This document shows positions 37,201-49,200 of a stretch of DNA of 64,000 bases, piece after piece. The stretch lies in NCBI GenBank assembly GCA_951406725.2, contig OX597821.1:115568001-115632000 (forward strand), written 5' to 3'. The position numbers and the translations under genes were made by a program. Source of the stretch: Octopus vulgaris (taxonomy: Eukaryota). Position 1 is the first letter of the stretch. The number at the start of each line of letters is the position of its first letter. The notes under the pieces are model-generated. The model made no database searches and had not been told where the DNA came from. It saw only the letters and a list, made by a program, of their open reading frames with translations.

Positions 37201-40200
37201 TTTATCAGGTATACATTTTATGATGTTTTACCTTTACAGATTGCAAGTGGTTTGGTTTTATGCACTATTTTCTCAGCTCCACTGATGTTCATTTCTGCCA
37301 GAATGATGACATTCTTGTCTCATCACCCTTCTATTTACTCTAAGATCATTAGAGATACTACATTTGATATCAGCACACTTTCTCTCGCTTTTTGTGTAAG
37401 TAGAGGATTTTTACTTTGCTCACCTTTTATATCAAATATTGTTTATTTATTAAACACTTTTAAAAACTCTTTTACATTCATTTTCTAATGCTAGACTCGA
37501 TTTCAACTTTGGGACTATGGAAACGTTTGTGGCATCAAATCCAGAAAGTAAAGCAGCTGGGTTGCAGAAGTCATCTCATGCTCTGCCAAAAGGTCATGGA
37601 GTGACATTTGAGCAATTGTGCTGTTATACAACATCCATGTTTCATTTGTCCAGCCATCACACCTCTGTCTTTACACTAATTCTCTCAAACACTGCAGGGC
37701 ATCCAATCATCTGACCACATGTAGCAAACCTATGATGTTCTTCCAGTCAAAAAAAAAATTGATCAACATCACCTTCACATTTGACTGACTCAGCCATGCT
37801 TGTTTTAATTATAGCAATGATGATCTTGCACATTGTTGAAGAACACATTGCAATGATTACCTTTATGAGGACAGCTGTGTGAAAAAGTGCCACACCCTAG
37901 CGGTTGAGGGAACCTGTGGAAGAGGTAGACCTAGGAAGACCTGAGATGAAGTGGTGAAGCACGATCTTCGAACTTTGGGCCTCACCAAGGAAAAGACTAG
38001 TGACCGAGACTTTTGGAAATATGCCGTGCACGAGAAGACCCAGCGAGCCAAATGAGACCATAATCTCGTGGCCTATGCCAGGGGCGTTACCAGCCCACTT
38101 ATGGATACCTTTTCCTTCTTTGGACACTAAAACTCTGCTTGCGAAGACATGTTGAGGCAAGTGAAATCAAAAATCAAAATCAAATTCAATGACTGGCGTC
38201 TGTGCTAGCGGGGTGCAAAGAGCACCATACAAGTGTGATCATTGACAGAGTGGCTAACCGGCTTCCGTGCCAGTGGCACATAAAAGGGCACCTTTCGAGT
38301 GTGATCATTACCAGCGTTGCCTTACTGGCACTCGAGCCCCATGCTAGTAGGGTATTAAGAGCACCATCCGAGCATGGTTGGTGCCAGAGCGGCTATCTGG
38401 CATCCGTGCCAGTGGCACGTAAAAGACACCATTCGAGCGTGATCATTACCAGCATCGTCTTACTGGCACCTGTGCTGGTGGCATGTGTAAAAAGATTCGA
38501 GTGAGGTCATTGCCAGTACCGCCTGACTGGCCCTGTGCTGGTGGCACATAAAAGCACCCATTACAGTCTCGAAGATCAAGATTGAAGCCTGGTGCAGCCA
38601 TCTGGTTCGCCAGCCTTCAATCATTCGTCCAACCCATGCTAGCATGGAAAGTGGATGTTAAACGATGATGATAATGATCACTGATGTACACCCATGTTTT
38701 TTCACCTACTTTGGCACTTCTCAGAAAGTCTTCATCAGTATTTAAATGACGGAACAGCTTCTTACTGACTGTGGCACAGTTCTCTTGTTGTTCATCAGTT
38801 AGCAAACAGCACAAACTCTGTGGTGGCACAATGCATTTTCAGTTGCCCTTTTAAAGTTGGCGCAAACTTTTGCAAAGGTGGCTCTTTCACAAGTCAGGTG
38901 ACAATTACCTAAGATCACTGGAAGCATTTTCACAATGGAAGGTCATCAGATTTGAGATTACATTTGGAAGTGATCTTTGCAACACTGGCACCACTTGTGA
39001 CATTGTGTACAGTTTAAACATTTCTCATCCCATAGCCTTGTTACAACAGTGGACATGTTTACAAAGTCAGAAAACAGCACAGCTCCCATGACTTTCGGAA
39101 ACACTTTTTCACGCTAAGAGTTGCTGAAACATGGAACAAACTGCCGGCATCAGTTGTTAGTTGTCAGAGCACTGCATCCTTCAAAACTTCCATGCTTCCT
39201 GAGATTCGCCAACACTACAACTGATTTTCTCCCCTCCACACACACGCAAGCATGTATCTGACTCATACACTGTTCGCTTTCCAGACATTACTGCATATAC
39301 TTTATATGCACTTTTGACAAGTTGTGGTGCACCTGAGCAGTGTATACAATAATTTCATTATTATTATTATTATTATTATTATAACATTAGGAAAAATCTT
39401 CATAAAGGTTTTCTCTATTTAAATGTTCTAAGACAAAATCATCCCTCTCAAAATCCTTTGTTCAACTTGCAACAAATTGCCCACGGCAATGTAACCACAT
39501 TCACTTTTGCACCTCTATATGAATGAATAACTGACATGTGATGTGGCTGTTATTAGACTGAAGGTGAAAATTACTCATATATATATAGCACTGCAGTGGA
39601 TGGTTGGTGTTCTGTTTTAGAAGTTCCGTTTCTTTTTGATAAGACTACTTCTATAACATTAAGTCTTACAATGTCAAAAAATGGTTGAAACACTAGTTGC
39701 TGCAGTAGACCTGAATTCTATGCTAGATTATTCACCACTTGTAAATATCAAAGAGTTGAGGTAGCATCATTAAACTAGTCTGTTTCCCCTGTCTTCTCTG
39801 TACACAGCACTACAGGTTTCAGGCTTCAATGAACATGTACAGCAAAACATTATCTATATCATATTAATTGCTTTCTTAATTTTATATTTTAGTTATATTT
39901 CCTCACATGTTATTTATAATAATTCATTTAATAAGTATTTTCTTTTTGTTAAAGGTTTGGATTTGTGTAATATTCGTTATCACTCGTCGTTGGAAAAAAG
40001 TCCCTCATCTGTTTACATTATGCCTTGCAATATCTCAGGTAATAATTATCATTAATAAAATAAGAGTTGTGAGTTAGCTTAAATAGCAGCATGCTAGAGC
40101 AAACACCTACTGTATTAAGTTTACTCTGGTATTCTAAATATAAATTTTGCTGGAATTTACTTTACCGTTCATTTCAGTAAGTTCCAGTCAATTCAATTGG

Positions 40201-43200
40201 CCTACAAATTCATGTCATTGTTCCTACCGCAGAAAAAGTCATTATGGATCTTTTCGGTTTGAACGGCAGTTTTTTCTAGCAGTGTCATATGAAATTGTCA
40301 CCCATAATTATGACCCTAGTATCGATCTATTGCATTTCAATCTGTTTTAGGGTTAGGGTTAGGGGTGGGGGGAAGGGTATCTTTTTTTCTTCAGAAACGT
40401 AAATAAACCCAATTTGTTTCTTAAACGAGGGACATATTCATACGGCACAGAATGGTTTTTTTTTACCTCAATAGACGTCATTGATTGGTTGAAATTGCAG
40501 AAATTAAAGAAAAAAACCCAACAAATATCTTACAAACCATAGAATTTTCTCAATAAAGCCAAGAGAAAAAGATGTTCTATAAACACATTCTACCAGTATA
40601 CGAAATTTAAAAGTGTTTTGTTACGTGGAAATTATTTTAAAAAACTGCCGTTCAAACCGAAAAGATCCGGCATTATTGTTAAGTGATAACTCATATAAGG
40701 TTAATAGCAGTTTGGTTTTGTTACTGGTTAGTTGCAGTTTTCATAAAATAAGACTACTTGTAATAATTGTACTTTTGGGTTCTATCAAATGTAAAATCAA
40801 GATTATGTTTCATTGAAAATTATGTTTATGATTGTTGTGATTCCACCTGCTTATTTATTACAGATATTTCGTGCTATTGGACTGATCTGCTGCCATTCTG
40901 ATAGAAAGCTTTTCAACTGGCAACATTATGTGGAATTCATTTTTATCAATGTCGGTGATTTATCTTCCAATAGTTGGGCCTGTCTACTCAGTATTACTAT
41001 TTGTATTCTTCGCACTCGACAAAAAACAGAATGGCTGCAAAACCATTTTCTGTTTGCTTTAATTGGCTTCGGGTAAGTACTTCCTCTTGTTTGCAAATTG
41101 ATCATTGGACAAAACATTGTTTAATTTTGTTGTCGTCAGCATAACATCATCGCCACCGCCATTACCATCACACAATCACTACCATTACTATTTGCTGACA
41201 AAGAAAGAGCTTTGGTGTATTCTATTCAGTCATCAATCAGCTTTTACACAAATCTATATTGTGGTTTGATCTAGTCCTTGAGTGCCCTTAGCGGAGTTCG
41301 CCCTGTTACAAACATTTGAGCTGGGTCTCCATTTTAAGGATAAATTCCTCTCTTCCTCCCATTAGTCTTAAAGATCTACTCTTCCTCTTCTGAGCTGTAA
41401 AACGAATAATGCTGAAGCAGATGTAACATACTTTTGTAAATACAGAGTTGTGATCCCTGTGCCGGTGGCATGTAAAAAGCACCATCTGAACGTGGCCGAT
41501 GCCAGCGCCACCTTGACTGGCTTCCATGCTGGTGGCACGTAAAATGCACCAACTGATCATGGCCATTGCCAGGCTCGCCTGGCACCTGTGCCGGTGGCAC
41601 GTAAAAAGCACCCACTACACTCACGTTGGCGTTAGGAAGGGCATCCAGCTGTAGAAACACTGCAAGATCAGACTGGAGCCTGGTGCAGCCTTCTGGCTTG
41701 CCAGACCCCAGTCAAACAGTCCAACCCATGCTAGCATGGAAAACGGATGTTAAACGATGATGATTTACTCAAAAACATAGATCTCACTTAAACAGAATCT
41801 TTTGTTTTGTGACATCATCTTAAAATCATTTAAAATAAGAACTACCTATATTAAAACAGATATAACCAACATATATCATTACCAACCTTGTCCACCATTC
41901 TATCAAGGGAGATTTCAATTATGCAATACTTTGTGTGACATTTGTAATCGCGACACCACCTCAAGGTGAAGTGGTAATGTATTCTTGCCAAATTCTCTAC
42001 AGTTAAATAAACAACTTAAGAACAATTTAGAAGTTGACACAGGAATGAGGCACAGCAGAAATTTAACTACATGTAAAAACAAGGCAGTTTACTTAAAAGA
42101 ATTATTATAAAATAGAAAACCAGAAAACATCTTATTAATCACTAAGTACACAATAAGCAGCATCAAGAACCCCAACCAGGCTTCACTAGAAACCCAAGTA
42201 ATTTTATTCACATCCTCCTCTCTTCACTGTAATTTTGCACCCTTTATTTCAAAGCACTCTTTAAAATGCAAGAAAAATATTTGCATGGTACAAAATCTTG
42301 CATACACTTAAAACTCTAAGGAATAACGTACCAATGCTGCTAAAAACATAGATCTCACTTAAACAGAATCCTTTTTCTTATCTTGCCTGTTTTTTGTTTT
42401 TATTTTTATAGATTGTGATAAAGTTTGTAATCCTTTTAATATCGATAACAATAACCAGTGCTGCTCTGATTATTGGCCAAAGGAAACAAAAAGACAAATA
42501 TCAGCTTATGTCTTCTAATTCTAATCAAACTGACAAAAATCTTCAGGAAAGATCTGAAGCTTTTAGAAACTGAATAATTATAGTTCTCAAACATGCTGCC
42601 AATATTCTATAGAACCATCCCTTTATTGAAAAAACTTAATTCTAGACTTCAACAATGCACATGTTCTTCCTAATATTCTGTACAACTACCAACTTATAGT
42701 AATATATTACTAGTACTGTTTTATCACTGAAGTTTAGTTTGGTTTCTCTTGTGCAACTTCACTGCTAATAATAGCTTAATTCCCTCCTTTGGATACTTCA
42801 CTGAGTTTGCATGCCATAGAGTGAGAAAAACATTTTTACTGGGCTACAAGAAAAACCCATTCGGGGTCTGAATCATCTAAAGTGACAACCTAGAATGATT
42901 TAATATTCACTCCATTCATGTACCAATCTTTCAGCAGCAGTTTCTCAGTACCTACTCATGAAAACATTTTTTCACGCTAAGAGTTGCTGAAGCATGGAAC
43001 AAACTGCCGGCATCAGTTGTTAGTTGTCGGAGCACTGCATCCTTCAAAACTTCCATGCTTCCTGAGATTCGCCAACACTACACCTGATTTCCTCCCCTCC
43101 ATACATGCAAGCATGTATCTGACTCATACACTGTTCGCTTTCCAGACATTTGTACATTACTGCATATGCTTTATACGCACTTTTGACAAGTTGTGGTGCA

Positions 43201-46200
43201 CCTGAGCACTGTATACAATAATTTCATTATTATTATATATATACATATAAATATGCATCACTGCACTAATTAAAAACAATGCTAGTTAAGTACTTTTTAG
43301 CTCAAAATATTGTGTTCAATCTCACAACATCTGAATATTCTCTTCAGTGAAGTACATAAATGTCTGTTCTGTCATCCATTCTCTGCTGTCTACAGGTTTA
43401 TAACTTTTTTACAATATACAAAACATTTTATGTTGATAACATCTCAACAAATCCCTATCACAGATCTCAGGTACAATCTCACCCCTACTTCTCATTGTGA
43501 GGTCTTCAGAGATGAGTAAACAAACTCACACCCCCCTTTTTTTTGGTGTTATTTCACTATTGTTATTTTTTTTTTAAGTTAGATAAAAATTTAAGTTTGT
43601 TCAGATTTCAGTTTCCCTTTGGAGAATTTATTATTATTCGATAAAAAAGTAAACTATTTTAAAACTCAATAACTAATAATGACTAGTTTAGTCATCCTCT
43701 CCTGTAATGTTTTGTTTGATTTTCGAATAATGTATCTTGTAAGTTCTTCTTTGACCTACTTATGGAGACAACATTTTTGACTATACTTTCTGTGTTAGGC
43801 TTCCAGTTTTCCTGACAGGGATCCTCTTCTTAATCAGCTGGAAGTATTATTCTGTTAGTATAGACCCTACTCTACAATATGGTCTCATTCAGGTATGCCA
43901 TTTAATTATTTGTTTCATTTGTTATGATATCACAAAACATCTCAGTTGTTGCTGAGATCTTTAATGAAACCTAGTTTTTGTTCCTGTCTTAGCACTTGTG
44001 ACATTACTCTGTACACATGTATTACTATGACAACCATGTTATGTTATATAGCATGACTTTATAACATAAATGAACGTGGTTGAAAAATAATTTCTCCAAT
44101 CATCAACTTATTAGATTTTTCTTATCTTGCCTGTTTTTTGTTTTTTATTTTTATAGATTGTGATAAAGTTTGTAATCCTTTTAATATCGATAACAATAAC
44201 CAGTGCTGCTCTGATTATTGGACAAAGGAAACAAAAAGACAAATATCAGCTTATGTCTTCTAATTCTAATCAAACTGACAAAAATCTTCAGGAAAGATCT
44301 GAAAATGCAGAGTTTAACCATTCATTACAAGAAACTTTACCACCATCAAGTATTAATAATGATGTTGAAGTTAACGATTTCTTTGAATTTGAAAACCAAA
44401 CGAGTCAATCAAGTAAGTTTTCTTGAGAACAAGAGTTGAATGTTTATAAATATTCTTTTATAAAACGCTTCCTGTTTAAAGTTTGTGTGTACTTTGATGG
44501 CACTAGGACAATTCATCATCATTGTTAGTCAGTTGGTTATCAGAGTTTAGGTCAGAACATCACCAAGTTTACAACCATCACCAAGATCACAGGATCAAGG
44601 GCATTTGCTGGCAGAACAGTGTGACAAACCAAGAGGTGCTGCACAGAGCTTGTAAAACAAGCATTGAGTCAAAATGTTTTTGAAGGCTCAGTTAAGCTGG
44701 ATTGGCTATGTCATCAGAATGACTGATAACTGTGTGTCTAGGCAGCTGTTGCATGGTGAGCTCATGCAAACAAGGAGGACCTAAACTGAAGTACAAAGAC
44801 ACTCTTGAAAAGTAACCTCAAATAGAGCAGCATTTAAACTACACGAACTTGAAGCCTCAGCTGCAAACAGATCTGCATAGAGGTCTCTCACCTCACAAGC
44901 AGCGGCTGCCTTTGAAGAAGACAGGTGACAGGGTCTTGATGCTACAAGAAAAAGACATCGCGGGGCAGCATCCACCTCGGTCCTGTCAACAGACTATCAA
45001 TGTGACATCTGTGGGTGTGCTTCCAGCTTTGAATTGCAGAGTCACACGTGCTCTCATCACTGAGAACCCAGACTATATTGTCATCGGACACCGATGGACT
45101 TTATATCAGTAATTAGGGATCTACCATGTCTATGTTGTTGAGAGTTTGGTTTATGAAATATTAAGCTGGTTGCTAGATGAGATTATAATCTCAGCTACTC
45201 CCATGTTGTGTTTGATTTTTATGAAGGTTAACAAAAGTTTTTACAAATTGGATATTTTATGACAAATTATAGAAAATATATGAATTTCTTACAGGTGTAA
45301 ATTTTACAAGTTTTGAAGAACAAAATATTGAAGATTTAGATTTATCACCAAATTCCACAGATCTGAATGATTCTAAAGTACACCTTCTTGAGAACTACTT
45401 TCATGCAGAACCTTCAACTATAAATTCTGATATTGACAAAATAGAAATTACTTCACAAGAAGAATTACCTGAAGAATCTCTACAAATCTCCAAACATATC
45501 ATTCTTCTACTGTGTCTTCTTTTCTCTATGTGTATAGTAAGTATTGTGTATTATAGTATTATTTCTCACTTGTTACGATGTAGAGGGAGGGATTTTTATT
45601 TTTATCTATTTATTTTTTGCTCAGCTTTAAAGAAAGAAAGGAGCTGTGTTAGAGAAATCAGTTCCTCTGAATTAACGGGATGTTTTTCGTCCCTTGATGA
45701 TCTTTATGTGCAGTTTTACTAATTGTTTTATGACTAATAGGTGACTGTAGTATAGTCCTGTGTTTGAAGCAACTAAGTGGTGAGGAATTGGTAAGTATTC
45801 TGTTGCTGTTCAGTGCCAAGTTCAATTTTTTCTCCCAGGAAATACACCCTGCAATACAAAAGCATATTATCCACCGAGATATTTATCCTTCTCAGTTTCC
45901 TAATATGGAAACTGCAGCTGAACCATTTGTGATTCAGAAGTAATTTCGACTTTTTTGCAAACTATTTCTAAATTATTTCATTAACATTTAAAATATAAAA
46001 ATATCATATATCCACTTTTCTTTCCAAAATAAGTACAAGATCAGCTGTTTTTTTTTTTAATTTCTCCTTTTTATTCTTATAGTCTCTTTTCTTAAACTTC
46101 TGGCGGCTGATAAGTGGTAAGAAAACAGGAACTTATGTAGAAGTTGTCTTTTTCCATGGAGTTTTGTCAAGTGGATTGGTAAGTTATGTCAGTTCTTTCC

Positions 46201-49200
46201 TTGTTTTCCAACTATATCGTTCTGGGTTCATTCCCACTGCATGGCACTTTGCACAGGTGTCTTCTGCTATAGCCCTGAGCCAACTGAAGCTTTGTGATTG
46301 AATCTGGTTGGTAGAAGTTCCCATCATGTGTGTGTGTGAAAGGGTTTGTACCTCCTAACAGAGATGAGGGAAATCTTGAAGAATAAAACCAAAGAGGAGG
46401 GGTAGATCTGAACTAACATCAATAATAGAAGAATAGAACAAGATGAGAACAACGTTAGCCAACAAAACAATAATAATTCCTCAAAATAATCTAAAACAGT
46501 GTTTTTTTACTTCAGTTTCTGCTAGCCTGAATGTCTGTCTTATTCTTTTTGTAGGCAATGGATTGGTCCATTCATTACAGTATCCGACAAAATACCTTAT
46601 TGTATGTAGTTCTAGCCCTTTATGCTTATAGTACAAATCTCACAGAGGCCAATTTTGCTTTTCATCCTCTTGGATTCTAAAAATAAGCACCAGTCTAGTA
46701 GTAGGCTTGATATAATTGACTGATATTAGTGTCTCTCCTGGGTATATCTTCTGGATGCTGCTTGAGGAGATCTGTTGAGTCAAGTACATCGACATCAACA
46801 TCAAAAGATCAAATGGAAATTGTAGTTGTGATACCTGTGCCGGTGGCACGTAAAAAGCACCATCCATACTTGGCCAATGCCAGCGCCGCCTTGACTGGCT
46901 TCCTTGCTGGTGGCATGTAAAAAACATCCACTACACTCACGGAGTGGTTGGCATTAGGAAGGGCATCCAGCTGTAGAAACACTGCCAGATCAGACTGGAG
47001 CCTGGTGCAGCCCTCCTGACTTCCCAGACCCCAGTTGAACCGTCCAACCCATGCTAGCATGGAAAACGGACGCTAAACGATGATGACTGCATGAACTTTA
47101 ATGATGAATGAGAGTATAATCTCCAAGTGGCTCTACTATTCTTGTGAGGGGTAGTGATGCCAGGTATTTTTAGCTCTGGAATGTATTATCATGGAACAGT
47201 GCCGTACAGATTGTATAACAAGATGTGTTGTATCAAACATCACAAATTCTGGAAATGAATTTTTGAAGAAATCACGTTAATTTCAGCATTGTGAACAAAG
47301 TATGAAGACATTTTTGATATATTTCCAAATTTTAATGTAGTTATATTTTTTCCTAACTTTTATCTTGGTAATTAATAAATGGTTATTACTTCATCTTATT
47401 TCCAGGGACTCATTTTATTTGTCATTTTTGGTTTTGATGTCAAAATGCGACTTGGAGCTTTTCTTGCCAGGTAACATAACTGATTTTTGCTTTGTTTCCT
47501 CCAAATTATTTTATCATAGAAGTTGCATTTAGCTTAGTTAATTTGTTTGTTTTTAAATGTCCATCCACCCTTATGTCAATTTTCACCACCCATTATTCTT
47601 AAAAGGGTCAGTGGGTGGAGTCATCAGGCACTTCCACCATAGGATCCTATCAGAAGCTGATTTCATTACACTTTCCAATAGAATTTCCAAGCAGGACCAG
47701 CAGAGATCATGGATATTATCCAACTGTTTCACTCATGTCTCCTGCTTGTTGGCTCAGCTTGAAGAATCTGTCTTGTGATTCTTTACTGTAACATTCTACT
47801 CACATGTCTGTAGTACCAATGCAGAGATGAAGTGGCTCAATCTGGAAAGACTCCTTGATCTCTGAGCTATGCACCATCGAGTAACATTACTTCAGATCTC
47901 CTTTGGAGAAACCCTGTTTTGGCCAATTGTATTTGTAATCATATCCTTTCATTTATGATTACAAATACAAGTGGCCAAAACAGGCTCTTCAAAAAGTTAT
48001 TGGCACTGCTCTCCCTTCTCTGGTTAAACCCTCAAGAAAATTTTCTGGGGTAAATTAAATTGACTTTCTCCTAAATTTGTGGCTATATTAAGAAATTGTT
48101 AGCATTAGTACAACTATCTGATCAAAGACAACTTGTTTGGATTCAGTTGGCAAAAATATCCCTCAACTCTAGTTCAGCTCTAAAAAGTTGTAACAATGCT
48201 CTTTTCTTGGTGTGAACTTAGGTATAGAATGAATATACATATTCCCTAGTTAGTACTCTGCGTCATTTAGTTGAAACTAAAATTTCTGGTTGGCATGTTA
48301 AGCGTGTCATTTAGTTAAAGGTTATCCAAGTCAGTGACTCAGTCCCCCATTCACAATTTCCGCTACTCATAAAGGAATGATTATACATTGAAGAAGGTGC
48401 GATATACATGAGGAATAGGAAGTTCGCTAGCGGTCCCCAGCTGCAAGTATATCCCTGTTGGGAGGACGTCTTGTTTGCTGTAGATTTTCCACAGACGCAG
48501 GGACAGGACGGGTTGAAGCTGCCGGTTGCCGGATCAGACACTTCTGTTCATCAGAGCCCCATTAGTTGGCTGCTGTCCTGATACCGCTGGGTGTCAGAAC
48601 AATCCACCTTGGGTGGCCCTACCAGAAACCGAAGTCTCCAACGGCATAGCTCTGACACTCCCGTTTCACCCCCCTTACCACGATGAGGTGATATATAATT
48701 ACACATTTATTGGATGGCCGTTGACTCTCAAGAGTTCCTCCACCTTCATACCTTTACATAAATTTGGCTGAGATCACCTGATTATAGAAAAATTGAGCCT
48801 GCTAAGTTGATTTGCTTTTGATATATTATATGAAGGTGGAACTCCAGCAAATATAGTCAACAATGAAAAATAAGTTATGAGCATTGCTCCAAAGAAAACT
48901 TACATCAATTTTTTCTATTGTAGCTGTCGCTGCTTTAAGTGTTGTTCAGAGGGTGATGGTATCAACAAAATTGATGGAGCTACACAACTAAAATGTCACC
49001 AGTTTAAGAAATATCACAAAACAAACTGCAGAGGTGATATAGAAAGAGATATCAGGTAGGATGTCTACTTATTACAAATGAATTCATCATCGTTTATGTT
49101 CCACTTTCCAAATCCAGTCATTAATGACTTAAAATTAAGTATTTTTTGTTTGATCACAAGTTCACTAACTTCTTCACATTATTATGTATGAAGGAATTAT

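Noticed and set aside
38190-38560. CRISPR-like spaced repeats (gtgccggtggcacgtaaaa units)
   Set aside because: Degenerate tandem units of an RTE 3' UTR in a eukaryote; no unique spacers and no cas genes.
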